Assembly (NCBI GenBank): GCA_965221955.1
Contig: CBDCTA010000002.1
Location: 128,001 to 192,000 of the forward strand
DNA: 64,000 bases
Direction: 5' to 3'
Origin: Gammaproteobacteria bacterium
Lineage (GTDB): Bacteria; Pseudomonadota; Gammaproteobacteria; UBA4575
The notes beneath the pieces were generated by a model that saw only the letters and a program-made list of their open reading frames with translations, was not told where the DNA came from and made no database searches. Positions 11,618 to 22,699 of this stretch are shown piece by piece. The translations under genes were made by a program, and so were the position numbers. Position 1 is the first letter of the stretch; each line of letters begins with the position of its first letter.

Positions 11618-11698
11618 CAAGTATTTTATTCGACAAAAAACTGCCATCTAGAGGTAATTGAGTAGCATTATTTGGCTTAAGGCGTTATATTCCGTTTC

Positions 11699-11803
11699 AT
11701 GAAAAGCAGAATTTTCAATAACATGAGCAATTATTCTGGAGCTAGCCTACCTGCTTCACACTCTGTTGCTGCACTCTTATCTCTATTCTTGCTGCCGCAG
11801 TAG
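11699..11803 (+). promoter_or_regulatory. Putative leucine leader peptide (attenuator) of leuA
   Basis: ORF MKSRIFNNMSNYSGASLPASHSVAALLSLFLLPQ*, with 5 Leu in the last 9 codons; hairpin TGCCGC-AGTA-GCGGCA over the stop codon. Confidence 0.65.
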
Positions 11804-11970
11804 CGGCAACTCTATGCCTGGCGAGGCACTACGCATTCTTTTATATTCTCAGTTCGCGCAAGCAGATTAAGGTTTTTTGCGTAAAGATTTCCTTATTCGG
11901 ATTCTATAGAATCCTGTTAATGATTTAGCGAGATGAGAGCGTTATTCATATTTGATATTGGAGTAAAACG

Positions 11971-13515
11971 GTGGCCAGTAAGGACAAATTAATAATTTTT
12001 GATACTACTTTGCGCGATGGCGAGCAAAGTCCAGGTGCGTCCATGACGCGTGATGAAAAAGTCAGAATTGCTAAATCACTTGAGCGCATGAAAGTCGATG
12101 TCATTGAGGCAGGTTTCCCAATGGCAAGTGTTGGTGATTTTGAATCTGTGCAAGCTGTAGCCAATGCAGTGAAGGATAGTACGGTTTGTGGTTTAGCGCG
12201 CGCACTTGATAAGGATATTGATCGAGCAGGCGAGGCACTCAAATCTGCTGAATCATCAAGAATACATACCTTTATTGCGACTTCACCGATTCACATGCAA
12301 AGCAAGTTGCGCATGAGTGAAGATCAAGTTGTTGAACAAGCGGTTGAAGCCGTTAAACGTGCGCGTGGATTTACTAATAATGTTGAATTTTCACCTGAAG
12401 ATGCGGGGCGTTCGGAGTTTGATTTTTTGTGTCGAGTGATTGAAGCAGTTATTAAAGCAGGCGCAAAGACTATTAATATTCCCGATACCGTTGGTTACAA
12501 CATTCCGCATCAGTTTGGAAGTTTGGTGGGGCGTTTAATTGAAAACATTCCGAATTCTGACCAAGCCGTTTTTTCTGTGCATTGTCATAACGATTTAGGC
12601 TTAGCGGTAGCTAACTCGCTTTCCGCAGTATTGCATGGTGCGCGACAAGTTGAATGTACGATTAATGGTTTAGGTGAACGAGCAGGTAATGCTTCATTAG
12701 AAGAAGTAGTGATGACGGTGCACACACGTCAAGACGTATTTGATTGTAAAACGGATCTTGATACTACGCAGATTGTTCCAACTTCTCGAATGGTTTCTAC
12801 TATTACAGGTTTTCCTGTGCAACCTAACAAAGCCATTGTTGGCGCGAATGCATTTGCGCATGAGTCAGGCATTCACCAAGACGGTGTTCTTAAAGCACGT
12901 GAAACGTATGAGATCATGCGTGCGGAAGATGTAGGGTGGGCGGCCAATAAGATTGTTTTAGGTAAACACTCCGGACGTAATGCATTTCGTACGCGATTAG
13001 ATGAATTAGGAATAAGCTTTGATTCAGAAGAAGACTTGAACAAAGCTTTTACGAACTTTAAAGATTTAGCAGATCGTAAACATGAAATTTATGATGAGGA
13101 CTTACATGCATTAGTTTCAGATAGCACTTATGAAAATAATGACTACTGTAAATTAATTTCTTTAAAAGCACATTCTGAAACAGGCAAAAAACCCAGTGCG
13201 GAAATTACTTTATCAGTAAATGGAAATGAAAAATCAGCTACATCTACTGGAGGAGGGCCGGTTGATGCCACCTTTTGCGCGATTGAAGATATTGTTAATA
13301 GTCAAGTTCAGTTGCAGTTGTATTCCGTAAATAACATTACTACTGGTACAGATTCGCAAGGCGAAGTCACGGTACGTCTTCAAAAAGCGGGAAGAATAGT
13401 GAATGGCCATGGTGCAGATACAGATATTGTAATGGCTTCTGCGAAAGCCTATTTGCATGCGCTGAATAAATTAGTAGTTCCTGAAGAGAGAGCACATCCA
13501 CAACATGACGTTTAA
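11971..13515 (+). CDS. leuA: 2-isopropylmalate synthase
   Basis: [31 protein letters not shown]. Confidence 0.98.
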   Translation: MASKDKLIIFDTTLRDGEQSPGASMTRDEKVRIAKSLERMKVDVIEAGFPMASVGDFESVQAVANAVKDSTVCGLARALDKDIDRAGEALKSAESSRIHTFIATSPIHMQSKLRMSEDQVVEQAVEAVKRARGFTNNVEFSPEDAGRSEFDFLCRVIEAVIKAGAKTINIPDTVGYNIPHQFGSLVGRLIENIPNSDQAVFSVHCHNDLGLAVANSLSAVLHGARQVECTINGLGERAGNASLEEVVMTVHTRQDVFDCKTDLDTTQIVPTSRMVSTITGFPVQPNKAIVGANAFAHESGIHQDGVLKARETYEIMRAEDVGWAANKIVLGKHSGRNAFRTRLDELGISFDSEEDLNKAFTNFKDLADRKHEIYDEDLHALVSDSTYENNDYCKLISLKAHSETGKKPSAEITLSVNGNEKSATSTGGGPVDATFCAIEDIVNSQVQLQLYSVNNITTGTDSQGEVTVRLQKAGRIVNGHGADTDIVMASAKAYLHALNKLVVPEERAHPQHDV

Positions 13516-13554
13516 AATAATCCATTATCTATTAAATCTTTTTAATGCTTAGCT

Positions 13555-14292
13555 ATGAATGAAGAAAAGCGATTGTATTACTTAGATCAGATGGGGATTC
13601 AAGCGTGGGTTTCTAATAAACATGTTGTTGATGCAGTTGAGCAAGAACGACTATCCACAACCGAACAAGAGGTTGCTAAAAACCCAAAGGTAGATTCTGA
13701 AGAGACAAAAGCGACCGCAAACTTAGATGAACTTAAAAAAACTGTTTCGACTTGCACCTTATGTGATTTACATCGTTCACGCACTCAAACAGTTTTTGGC
13801 GTGGGTCATCCTGCTGCAGAATGGTTGATTATAGGTGAGGCACCAGGAGCAGATGAAGATCGCTTAGGTGAGCCTTTTGTAGGTAGAGCTGGGCAGTTAT
13901 TAACAAGCATGTTGCGTGCGATGGGTTTAGCACGTGAAGAAGTATTTATTGCAAATATTTTAAAATGCCGACCACCTAATAATCGTGATCCGCGACCAGA
14001 AGAAGTTAATCACTGCGGTGCGTATTTGCGCCAACAAATTGAACTTATACAACCAAAGATTATATTAGTAGTAGGAAGGATTGCGGCGCAATCGTTGTTA
14101 AACGTCGATACACCTATTGGAAAAATGCGTGGCCAGAAATATAGGTATCAAGATACAAATATTCCAGTGGTTGCAACGTATCATCCTGCTTACCTATTGC
14201 GTAGTCCACAGCAAAAACGTAAAGCCTGGGAAGATTTAAAGTTTGCTTTACAGGTGCTGCATGCCCTTCAGGACGAGGAAACAACCTCATAG
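13555..14292 (+). CDS. Uracil-DNA glycosylase family 4 (Fe-S)
   Basis: CTLCDL, IGEAPG, PFVGRAG, KCRPPNNR, YHPAYLLR. Confidence 0.93.
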   Translation: MNEEKRLYYLDQMGIQAWVSNKHVVDAVEQERLSTTEQEVAKNPKVDSEETKATANLDELKKTVSTCTLCDLHRSRTQTVFGVGHPAAEWLIIGEAPGADEDRLGEPFVGRAGQLLTSMLRAMGLAREEVFIANILKCRPPNNRDPRPEEVNHCGAYLRQQIELIQPKIILVVGRIAAQSLLNVDTPIGKMRGQKYRYQDTNIPVVATYHPAYLLRSPQQKRKAWEDLKFALQVLHALQDEETTS

Positions 14293-14339
14293 CGCAGTAT
14301 AATGGGCCTAATTGGAACTGATAACTTATACTTAACTAT

Positions 14340-14810
14340 ATGAGTGCTGTATTTGATTATCCTGCTGAAACCTACCGTCTAATGACGGAGCATGATCTCT
14401 TAGCAGTTTTGAAAATAGAGAATGAGAGTTATGAGTTTCCGTGGACGGAAGGTATCTTTCACGACTGTATGCGATTTGGTTATTCATGTTGGGTAACGGA
14501 AGTTGATCATCGCATAGCGGGTTATGCGGTAATGTCTTTAGCTGTACAAGAGTGTCATATACTTAATATATGTGTAGAGCCCGGTTTCCAAGGACAAGGC
14601 ATAGGTAGACGATTTTTGCAGCAATTATTAATGATTGCTCAAGCGCGCAAAGCGGATACTGCGTTTTTAGAGGTAAGACCTTCCAATACGCAAGCGTTGT
14701 CACTCTACTTTTCTGAGGGCTTTAACGAAATTGGTATGAGACGAGACTATTATCCTGCCAAAATTGGTAGAGAAGACGCGGTTATTCTTGCTAAGTCCCT
14801 AGTCGAATAA
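14340..14810 (+). CDS. rimI: Ribosomal protein S18 alanine N-acetyltransferase
   Basis: FPWT, HILNICV, QGQGIG, LEVRPSN, RRDYY...REDA. Confidence 0.93.
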   Translation: MSAVFDYPAETYRLMTEHDLLAVLKIENESYEFPWTEGIFHDCMRFGYSCWVTEVDHRIAGYAVMSLAVQECHILNICVEPGFQGQGIGRRFLQQLLMIAQARKADTAFLEVRPSNTQALSLYFSEGFNEIGMRRDYYPAKIGREDAVILAKSLVE

Positions 14811-14895
14811 TTCTATTTTTACTGTAGTAAGGTGTAGCGTTTCGCTATAATCGCGCGCTTTGTGTCCTTTAAATCTTTGAACATTTCATTTTGCT

Positions 14896-16524
14896 GTGAG
14901 CGAACATCAACAACAAACGGCACGGCGCCGTACATTTGCTATCATCTCGCATCCTGATGCGGGTAAAACTACTATTACTGAAAAGCTACTACTATTTAGT
15001 GGCGCAATACAGTTAGCGGGATCTGTAAAAGGAAGAAAAGCTGCGCGTCATGCTACATCAGATTGGATGGAAATGGAGCAACAGCGTGGCATCTCAATAA
15101 CCAGCTCAGTGATGCAGTTTGATTATAAAGATCGCATTGTTAATTTATTAGATACACCAGGTCACGCAGACTTTTCAGAAGATACTTATCGCACACTCAC
15201 CGCAGTCGACTCTGCGCTAATGGTGATTGATAATGCAAAAGGTGTGGAGGAACGCACGATCAAACTCATGGAAGTTTGTCGTCTGCGCGATACACCAATT
15301 ATTACGTTTATCAATAAACTTGATCGCGATGGTCGTGAACCGATTGAGTTATTGGATGAGGTGGAAAGTGTACTAAAAATTAAATGTGCTCCAATTACTT
15401 GGCCGATTGGGATGGGTAAATTATTTAAGGGGGTATTTCATTTAATAAATAATTCAGTGCATCTTTATGACCCAAATCATAAGGGTAAAATACAACAAGG
15501 TGAGATGATTGAGGGGTTAGATAATCCTCGTTTAGATGAACTGTTGGGTGACCAGGCCCAAGAATTGCGTGATGAAATCGAACTTGTCCAAGGCGCAAGT
15601 CATGAGTTTAATCAAGAAGCATATTTAAAAGGTGAAATGACACCGGTGTTTTTTGGTTCGGCGATCAATAATTTTGGTGTAGCAGAGTTATTAGATAAGT
15701 TTGTGGAATATGCACCTGCACCGCAGGATAGAGAAGCCAGTATTCAGAAGACGAATAATTCTGATAATGAAACTCGTGCTGTATCTGCTGAGGAAGAAAA
15801 GTTTTCCGGCTTTGTATTTAAAATACAAGCTAATATGGATCCCAATCATCGTGATCGTTTAGCTTTTCTGCGCGTATGCTCAGGTAGTTTTCAAAAGGGT
15901 ATGAAGCTTCAGCATGTTCGATTAGAGCGCGAAGTTAAAATCAGTGATGCATTGACTTTTATCGCTAAGGACCGTGAACATGTTGATCGTGCTTATCCAG
16001 GAGATATTATCGGCTTACACAATCATGGCACGATTCGAATTGGTGATTCCTTCACCCAAGGAGAGAAGCTAGCGTTTACCGGAATTCCTAATTTTGCTCC
16101 CGAGTTATTTCGTCGCGCCCAATTGAAAGATCCTTTAAAAATGAAGGCCTTATTGAAAGGTCTTATACAATTATGTGAAGAAGGGGCCACGCAGCTATTT
16201 CGACCCATTACGAATAATGATTTGATATTGGGCGCCGTCGGTGTGCTGCAGTTTGAAGTAGTTCAGCACCGCCTAAAGCATGAATATAATGTCGAATGTA
16301 AGTTCGAGGCGGTTAACGTGCAGACTGCAAGATGGATCAGTTGTGAGGATGAAAAGCAGCTAACCAAGTTTAAAAATAAGACAGAATCGAATCTTGCCAT
16401 CGATCATGGTGAAGAATTGGTATATATCGCACCTACAAGGGTAAATTTACAAATGGCGATAGAAAAATGGCCAGAAATTGAATTTCGAGCTACGCGAGAA
16501 CATAGCTCTATTGCCGAACAGTAA
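14896..16524 (+). CDS. prfC: Peptide chain release factor 3
   Basis: [25 protein letters not shown]. Confidence 0.98.
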   Translation: MSEHQQQTARRRTFAIISHPDAGKTTITEKLLLFSGAIQLAGSVKGRKAARHATSDWMEMEQQRGISITSSVMQFDYKDRIVNLLDTPGHADFSEDTYRTLTAVDSALMVIDNAKGVEERTIKLMEVCRLRDTPIITFINKLDRDGREPIELLDEVESVLKIKCAPITWPIGMGKLFKGVFHLINNSVHLYDPNHKGKIQQGEMIEGLDNPRLDELLGDQAQELRDEIELVQGASHEFNQEAYLKGEMTPVFFGSAINNFGVAELLDKFVEYAPAPQDREASIQKTNNSDNETRAVSAEEEKFSGFVFKIQANMDPNHRDRLAFLRVCSGSFQKGMKLQHVRLEREVKISDALTFIAKDREHVDRAYPGDIIGLHNHGTIRIGDSFTQGEKLAFTGIPNFAPELFRRAQLKDPLKMKALLKGLIQLCEEGATQLFRPITNNDLILGAVGVLQFEVVQHRLKHEYNVECKFEAVNVQTARWISCEDEKQLTKFKNKTESNLAIDHGEELVYIAPTRVNLQMAIEKWPEIEFRATREHSSIAEQ

Positions 16525-16537
16525 TTCTATAATTGTT

Positions 16538-17272
16538 TTGAGTCGCTCTGATAAAGATCATATTTACGCCAGCAAACAAGACAAAGTAAAAGATTTTGTT
16601 TTTGACGAGAAGGTAGCCGGTGTTTTCGAGGATATGATTCAGCGCTCGGTACCTGGGTATGCAACACTGAATCAGCTCACTCCCATCCTTGTAAATCAAT
16701 TTGTGCAGAAAAACTCTCAAATTTATGATTTAGGATGTTCATTAGGGGAAGCATCAATTTCTATAGCACAGTCGCTGCGTAGTATAAATATTAATATCTA
16801 CGCAGTGGATAACTCTGCTGCGATGATCGAGCAACTAGAACAAAGACTTGCAGAGCTTAAATTAAACACCGCTATTCAAACTTTTTTAAGTGATGTAACA
16901 ACTATCGACATCACGAACGCATCTTTTGTGATTCTAAACTACACTTTGCAATTTATTGAGCCTTCTAAACGCGACGAATTTATGAAAAAAATTTGTTCTG
17001 GAATGAATGATCAAGGTGCACTGCTGTTATCAGAAAAAATAAGTTACGAAGATGCCGAGGAAGATGTATTAATGCAGCAATTACATGAAAACTATAAGCG
17101 TCAGAATGATTATAGTGAACTTGAAATTAGTCAAAAACGCGAAGCCTTAGAGAATGTGTTAATTCGTGATACGCATGAGGAGCACGTGGAACGTTTATTA
17201 AATGCAGGTTTTTCAAAAGTTTCAATACTAATGAAATACCTTAATTTCACATCTTACTTAGCTATAAAATAA
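16538..17272 (+). CDS. cmoA: Carboxy-SAM synthase (start uncertain; TTG at 16538 chosen)
   Basis: DFVFDEKVAGVFEDMIQRSVPGY, YDLGCSLG, NYTLQF, YSELEISQKREALENV. Confidence 0.93.
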   Translation: MSRSDKDHIYASKQDKVKDFVFDEKVAGVFEDMIQRSVPGYATLNQLTPILVNQFVQKNSQIYDLGCSLGEASISIAQSLRSININIYAVDNSAAMIEQLEQRLAELKLNTAIQTFLSDVTTIDITNASFVILNYTLQFIEPSKRDEFMKKICSGMNDQGALLLSEKISYEDAEEDVLMQQLHENYKRQNDYSELEISQKREALENVLIRDTHEEHVERLLNAGFSKVSILMKYLNFTSYLAIK

Positions 17273-17276
17273 AAAA

Positions 17277-18255
17277 ATGATCGCTCCAGATCGTGAAAAG
17301 CTGAGGTTGGCTTTAGAAAATACAATGCTAAAAGATGTTCAGACACATCTCTTGAAATTTCTCGATGAAAAATATGCCAACCCTAAACATGGGCACTTCA
17401 AAGATTGGCTACACATTTACCAATCTTTGTCTGAGTACAAGGTATCACAATGTGATTTTAATCAAGATGCAATTTCATTGGGGCATGTAGAGGATATTTC
17501 TTTTTCGCAGAAACAAGAGCTCGAAGAAAAGCTGAAACAATTAAGCCCTTGGCGAAAAGGACCCTTTGATATCTTCGGGATCCATGTTGACACGGAGTGG
17601 CACAGTGATTGGAAGTGGAAACGTATTGCTCCGCATATTAATTTGGAAGATAAGTTAGTTTTAGATATTGGTTGTGGTAACGGTTATTACGCATTACGTA
17701 TGCAAGGTATGGGGGCAAGATTAGTCATAGGTATTGATCCAAGTTGGCACTATGTGTTTCAGTTTCATGTTTTGCAAAAATATTCTTCAATTGAACAACG
17801 CACTTTTGTTTTGCCTTTGGCATTAGAAGAATTTCCAGAGGTACTCAATGCTTTTGATACTATTTTTTCCATGGGAGTGCTATATCACCGTCAAGAACCA
17901 CAAATACATCTTGAACACATACATTCTTTATTGCATGAAGGAGGGACAATTCATAATAGAAACTTTAATTATTGAAGATCAAGATGCAGATATACTTATT
18001 CCAAACGAGCGCTATGCCAATATGCGCAATGTGTGGATGATTCCAAGTATAGAATTGTTAAAAAAATGGTTAACGGATGCTGGTTTTGTAGACATTCAAG
18101 TAATGGATACTACAATGACGACTGTACATGAGCAGCGTCAAACAGAATGGATGACTCGATTTTCACTTGCACAAGCCTTAAATCCAGAAGATCCGACACT
18201 AACAGTGGAAGGGTATCAAGCGCCGATCAGAGCTACTTTGATGGCTGAAAAGTAG
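17277..18255 (+). pseudogene. cmoB: tRNA 5-carboxymethoxyuridine synthase CmoB, split by a 1-nt frameshift (true lesion or sequencing error)
   Basis: ORF 17277-17975 has PWRKGPF, DTEWHSDWKW, SMGVLYHR; ORF 17848-18255 carries ETLII...RYANMRNVW...TVEGY. One extra base near 17940-17946 (GAAGGAGGGACAA). Confidence 0.85.
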
Positions 18256-18317
18256 ACAAACGACGAATTGTTATATTAGAAAATATAAAATATCCTGCTT
18301 TAAATCTAATTGCGTAG

Positions 18318-21149
18318 TTATTTATTTAAGCCGATATCGAATTTAGATCTTACTTCGTCTAATTTAATAATGGCTGTATTTGAATAATTGCTTACATCAT
18401 GTGCAAATTTAGGTTTGCTAATATAGAAGCCTTGTGCAATATCACACTCTAACTCTTTCAAAATACTCAGTTGTTCAGCTGTTTCCACGCCTTCAGCAAC
18501 AACTTTTTTATTTAAAGATTTTGCCATTGCAATAATGGCGCGGACAATAGACCTTGATTCAGGATCTTCGGCCAAGTCTTTGACGAATAATTTATCTATT
18601 TTTAATGTTTGTACAGGAAGTTTTTTAAGGTAGCTTAATGAGGAATAGCCTTTTCCAAAGTCATCAATAGAGATACTGATTCCGAGCTCATTTAATTGTC
18701 TTAATTTATTTAAGATATTTTTATCGTCACTTAATAACAAACTTTCTGTAATCTCAAATTCAATATTAGTTGTCGCAATATCAAAATTATTGAGTAAATT
18801 TTCAACATCTGAAAGGAAATTATCATGTTTTAATTGTCGTGCAGAAATATTTACTGCTACTCTTGGTAAAGGGTGATGTTCGAATTGCCATTTTCTGCAT
18901 TGCTTTATTACTTCACGCAGTACCCATGTTCCTAATGAGATAATAAAACCATTCTCCTCAGCATATGAAATAAACTGTTCAGGAGAAATATTGCCAATTT
19001 TATTGTGTTTCCAACGTATGAGAGATTCAGCCCCAGAAACATTGCCAGACTCTATATCGATCTGTATTTGGTACATCATGTAGAGTTCATTCTTTTCAAT
19101 CGCGTGAAAAAGGTCAGCCTCTAATAGCGCTTTTTCTCGGATATCCTCCTGCATCGCATCTGAAAAAAATGAATACTTGCCACGCTCACTTTCTTTAGCT
19201 TTATACATCGCGATATCAGACTTTTGTAAGATGTCATCCCAATTATTGCCATCTTTTGGATAGATAGAAATACCAATAGTAGCTCCAATGAATTGTTCGT
19301 AGTTATCAATAGTAAATATTTCTGAAAGTGAAGAGCTTATTTTCTTAGCTGTTTCAGCAATGCAGCTTGAATCGTTTTGGAAAGTTAACAATACAATGAA
19401 TTCATCACCACCATAGCGCGCAAGGAACCCTTTATTGTAGACACACTTTTTAATTCGTTCAGAAGCTGCAATGAGAAGTTTGTCACCAATAGCATGACCT
19501 TGTGAATCATTAATCACTTTGAATCGATCTAGATCAATAAAAAGTACTGCTACTTTGTTATTTTGTTGATATGTAATTTTATTAAAAGTATCAATAAGCA
19601 GCTCACGGTTAGGTAAGCCAGTTAAACTATCAAAATGTGCTTGTTTAATTAGTTTTTCTTCACGTTCAACCGCATTAAGAGCGACTTTAATTCTATCTAT
19701 GTAATTGTCTAGTTGTTCCAAGGCTTCTTCGTTAAGACGAGGAATAAATTGATGACCAATAATAATTAAACCTAGAAACTCTTTTTGCTGTTTTATCGCA
19801 ATAGTGGTAACGTAATTTGATAAGACGTCATTTAACCATTTCACAGATTGAATTTTATCTTTTTGTAAAGTGCGTATAAGTTCATCAGAGTGTGCGAGTA
19901 GTACATCGAAATCTTTATGACTAATTTGTATAGGAATTTGAGTCAATAGTTGTTTTTCATGCGATCCATAGTTGTAAAGTATTCCACTATATGTATTCTC
20001 TTCCAAAAGCACAATCGAGGCAAAATTGTAATTTATATAATCCTTCAGATTTTTAAAAATTGCTTCTACAACATTTTTTTTATCCATTGTTGTGAGAATA
20101 GCTCTGTCAAGATTTGACATTGACGTCATCACAGTAAATTGGCGAGATAATTCGGCTGACATTAAGTTAAATGATTCGCCTAAATTTTGAAACTCATCGT
20201 TAGTGTCAAAATTTAATACTTCGCTGAAGTCACGTTTCGCTATTTTCTTAGTTAATAAATTGAGTTTTTCCAATGGTACTAATATTCTAGTAATTTGGTT
20301 ATAACTTATAAACGAAATAATGAGTATTGAAAGAACTAAAAGCGGAATAAGATAACTACCAAACTCATTAATCGGGATAAAAATAGTATTTCTTGGGATT
20401 GTATAATAAATAAACCAACTATCTGTATTGTAAGAGCCGTTTAAAAATAGTTCCCAGGAGGCTACAAGGTGTTTATTGTTATTTATATTTATGTGATTAG
20501 TGTTCTCTAAAGTTTTAATGTATTGATCGAAATTTGACAAAAATAGCTTGTTTAATTTTTCATTTGAACAGTTTAGAACACCTGAATTTTTTGATATTAC
20601 ACAAGCATCATCATCTCCAGCAAAAATATCCATATCGCCAAAAATGTAATTTTTGTCAACTTCTGCAGAAAGCAAAATATTAGATTCACTTGTGCTTATC
20701 AATCGATAAAAAATAATATTATTTACATTATCTTTATGCTTGATTGTGATAAGTGTTTTGCCATTTTGTAGATGCTGCTGTTTTGTGTATTCAAATAATA
20801 AATGTGTCGAATCCTTGTATACATTTATATTGCTAAAAAGTTTCGTATTTGAATCATCAACTTTTAAAATAGGATTATTTGCTTCTGTATTGATACTATT
20901 TGATAGTAGAAGGTTTTCGCCTAAACCTATTAGCTGGCTTTCAGCAACTAAAATACGATCGAATATCGCCATTCCATACGATTTGCTTTCTGAGCTCATA
21001 TGATCTTGTTTTTGCTCCAAGAGCAATTCGATCATATATTTGTATGAAATGAATCCCGTGATACTTATGGGAATAATTGCGGCTAGAACAAAAAGTGTAA
21101 GTATTCGTTTTGCTACTTTACTTTTGATGAATGCAAGTTCAAATTGCAT
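18318..21149 (-). CDS. Membrane c-di-GMP enzyme: TM-periplasmic sensor-TM-HAMP-GAF-like-GGDEF-EAL
   Basis: DSLTGLPNR, RYGGDEF (no RxxD I-site), ESL, DDFGKGYSSLSYL, EGVE. Confidence 0.92.
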   Translation of the reverse strand: MQFELAFIKSKVAKRILTLFVLAAIIPISITGFISYKYMIELLLEQKQDHMSSESKSYGMAIFDRILVAESQLIGLGENLLLSNSINTEANNPILKVDDSNTKLFSNINVYKDSTHLLFEYTKQQHLQNGKTLITIKHKDNVNNIIFYRLISTSESNILLSAEVDKNYIFGDMDIFAGDDDACVISKNSGVLNCSNEKLNKLFLSNFDQYIKTLENTNHININNNKHLVASWELFLNGSYNTDSWFIYYTIPRNTIFIPINEFGSYLIPLLVLSILIISFISYNQITRILVPLEKLNLLTKKIAKRDFSEVLNFDTNDEFQNLGESFNLMSAELSRQFTVMTSMSNLDRAILTTMDKKNVVEAIFKNLKDYINYNFASIVLLEENTYSGILYNYGSHEKQLLTQIPIQISHKDFDVLLAHSDELIRTLQKDKIQSVKWLNDVLSNYVTTIAIKQQKEFLGLIIIGHQFIPRLNEEALEQLDNYIDRIKVALNAVEREEKLIKQAHFDSLTGLPNRELLIDTFNKITYQQNNKVAVLFIDLDRFKVINDSQGHAIGDKLLIAASERIKKCVYNKGFLARYGGDEFIVLLTFQNDSSCIAETAKKISSSLSEIFTIDNYEQFIGATIGISIYPKDGNNWDDILQKSDIAMYKAKESERGKYSFFSDAMQEDIREKALLEADLFHAIEKNELYMMYQIQIDIESGNVSGAESLIRWKHNKIGNISPEQFISYAEENGFIISLGTWVLREVIKQCRKWQFEHHPLPRVAVNISARQLKHDNFLSDVENLLNNFDIATTNIEFEITESLLLSDDKNILNKLRQLNELGISISIDDFGKGYSSLSYLKKLPVQTLKIDKLFVKDLAEDPESRSIVRAIIAMAKSLNKKVVAEGVETAEQLSILKELECDIAQGFYISKPKFAHDVSNYSNTAIIKLDEVRSKFDIGLNK

Positions 21150-21159
21150 GAATTATTGA

Positions 21160-21639
21160 TTAATAGTCTGTGGCTTTGCCAACAAATCCACCATCGCGTC
21201 CACGAACGATGTCATCTTTACTTGCATTAGCGGTTAAAGGGGGTTGGCTTACACCGTCTTCACCTTTGCTATAAAGGTCATAGTCACTATTTATTGGAAC
21301 TAATGAATGATCTTTTCTTCGATTACCAGGAGGTACAACATCATGATTTGCATAAACATAAGGATTGCTCCATGGATCTTCCATTCCAGCCATGCCAACA
21401 TCGGCTAATGTATTCGGCAACGTTCCATTTGAAAGTTCATAGTCATCTATTGCAAATTGAATGACAATTAAATCTTTTTCAGCATCTTCTTCAGTCACGC
21501 GATCGGTATAATCTTGATATGCTGGAACGGCAATCATAAAAAGGATACCTATAATCGCTAAAGCAATCATTAGTTCAAGAATTGTGAAGCCATGCAAATT
21601 CAGTAATTGCTTGAAACAATTGTGGTTATATGACTTCAT
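21160..21639 (-). CDS. Prepilin-type (type IV pilin / GspG-like) protein
   Basis: Class III signal G^FTILELMIALAIIGIL; DPWSNPY; YDLYSKGEDG...DDIVR. Confidence 0.88.
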   Translation of the reverse strand: MKSYNHNCFKQLLNLHGFTILELMIALAIIGILFMIAVPAYQDYTDRVTEEDAEKDLIVIQFAIDDYELSNGTLPNTLADVGMAGMEDPWSNPYVYANHDVVPPGNRRKDHSLVPINSDYDLYSKGEDGVSQPPLTANASKDDIVRGRDGGFVGKATDY

Positions 21640-21885
21640 AGTTCTGTATGTCTTTCTTCCGTGATTCTAATTTAGTGAATTTGAAACAATTGTTTTTAAA
21701 GACTTATTGTTTTCTCTCTCTATAACTGCATATTGTATAAATTACTAAGATATATAATGTGTGTCGTTTCACCAACTGTCATAAAAAATTGATGAATGTG
21801 CATGAGTGGCTAAATTTTATAGACAGGCGGTGAATTTAATTTTAACAGATAACTATATTCACATTATTTAAATAAGTTTAAGAGC

Positions 21886-22089
21886 ATGAAGGAAGACAAA
21901 CCTAGTTTTATTGATGTCATAAAAAGTGTGCTTGCCAGTTTTTTTGGTGTGCAAAGTGACAAAAATCGTCGCCGCGATTTTCAACATGGTAATCCTGCAC
22001 AGTTTATTTTAGTGGGAATATTCCTAACGGTTTTATTTATAATAGGGATGATTGTAATCGTTAAGCTTATATTAGCTTCGGTTAGTTAA
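21886..22089 (+). CDS. DUF2970 family small membrane protein
   Basis: SVLASFFGVQS..NR.RDF..GNP..FI pattern. Confidence 0.85.
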   Translation: MKEDKPSFIDVIKSVLASFFGVQSDKNRRRDFQHGNPAQFILVGIFLTVLFIIGMIVIVKLILASVS

Positions 22090-22697
22090 TTTTCTACAAA
22101 CCCCTTTAACTGTAGAAGCTCATGTATTCGTTCGGCTAATTGCTGATAACCCTTCGCATTTGGGTGTGCAATATCAGACTTTAAAGCTGTATCACCCAAT
22201 ATTTTAGGCAGAGTCGAACATTCAAATTGAACACCGGTTTCATCTGAAAGTTGCTGATACACCTCAGCACACTTTAAAAATAATCCTGGCTCAGGAATAC
22301 CTAATGCAGCAACTGGGATGTTTCTAGTATTTGCTTCAGTAAGCATCTTCTTCAAATTATCTTTCAATTCGGCGCGTGGTAGTTTGCGTAAAATGTCATT
22401 ACCACCATGAATGAGTATGAGCAGATCAGGCTTATGCTGATCCAGTAATGCAGGTAACCGTTCTAAACCTTTGCTACTAATTTCTCCTGGAATTCCGGCA
22501 TTGGTTATAGGTAATTGGGTTAGAGAAGCTAATATAGAAGGGTAATCTTGACCTTTACCAGCGCCTGTACCGTATGTGAGGCTATCACCAAAAGCTAAAA
22601 TCGTCGCATTACTAGGTAATCGATTATATTGATGGTTTGAGTCGCTGCATGCATAAAGCAATAAGCATATTAATAATACTAAATATTTAATTTTCAT
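22086..22697 (-). CDS. GDSL/SGNH arylesterase lipoprotein
   Basis: Lipobox LYAC, FGDSLTYG, GGND, DIAHPN. Confidence 0.9.
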   Translation of the reverse strand: MKIKYLVLLICLLLYACSDSNHQYNRLPSNATILAFGDSLTYGTGAGKGQDYPSILASLTQLPITNAGIPGEISSKGLERLPALLDQHKPDLLILIHGGNDILRKLPRAELKDNLKKMLTEANTRNIPVAALGIPEPGLFLKCAEVYQQLSDETGVQFECSTLPKILGDTALKSDIAHPNAKGYQQLAERIHELLQLKGFVEN

Positions 22698-22699
22698 TA

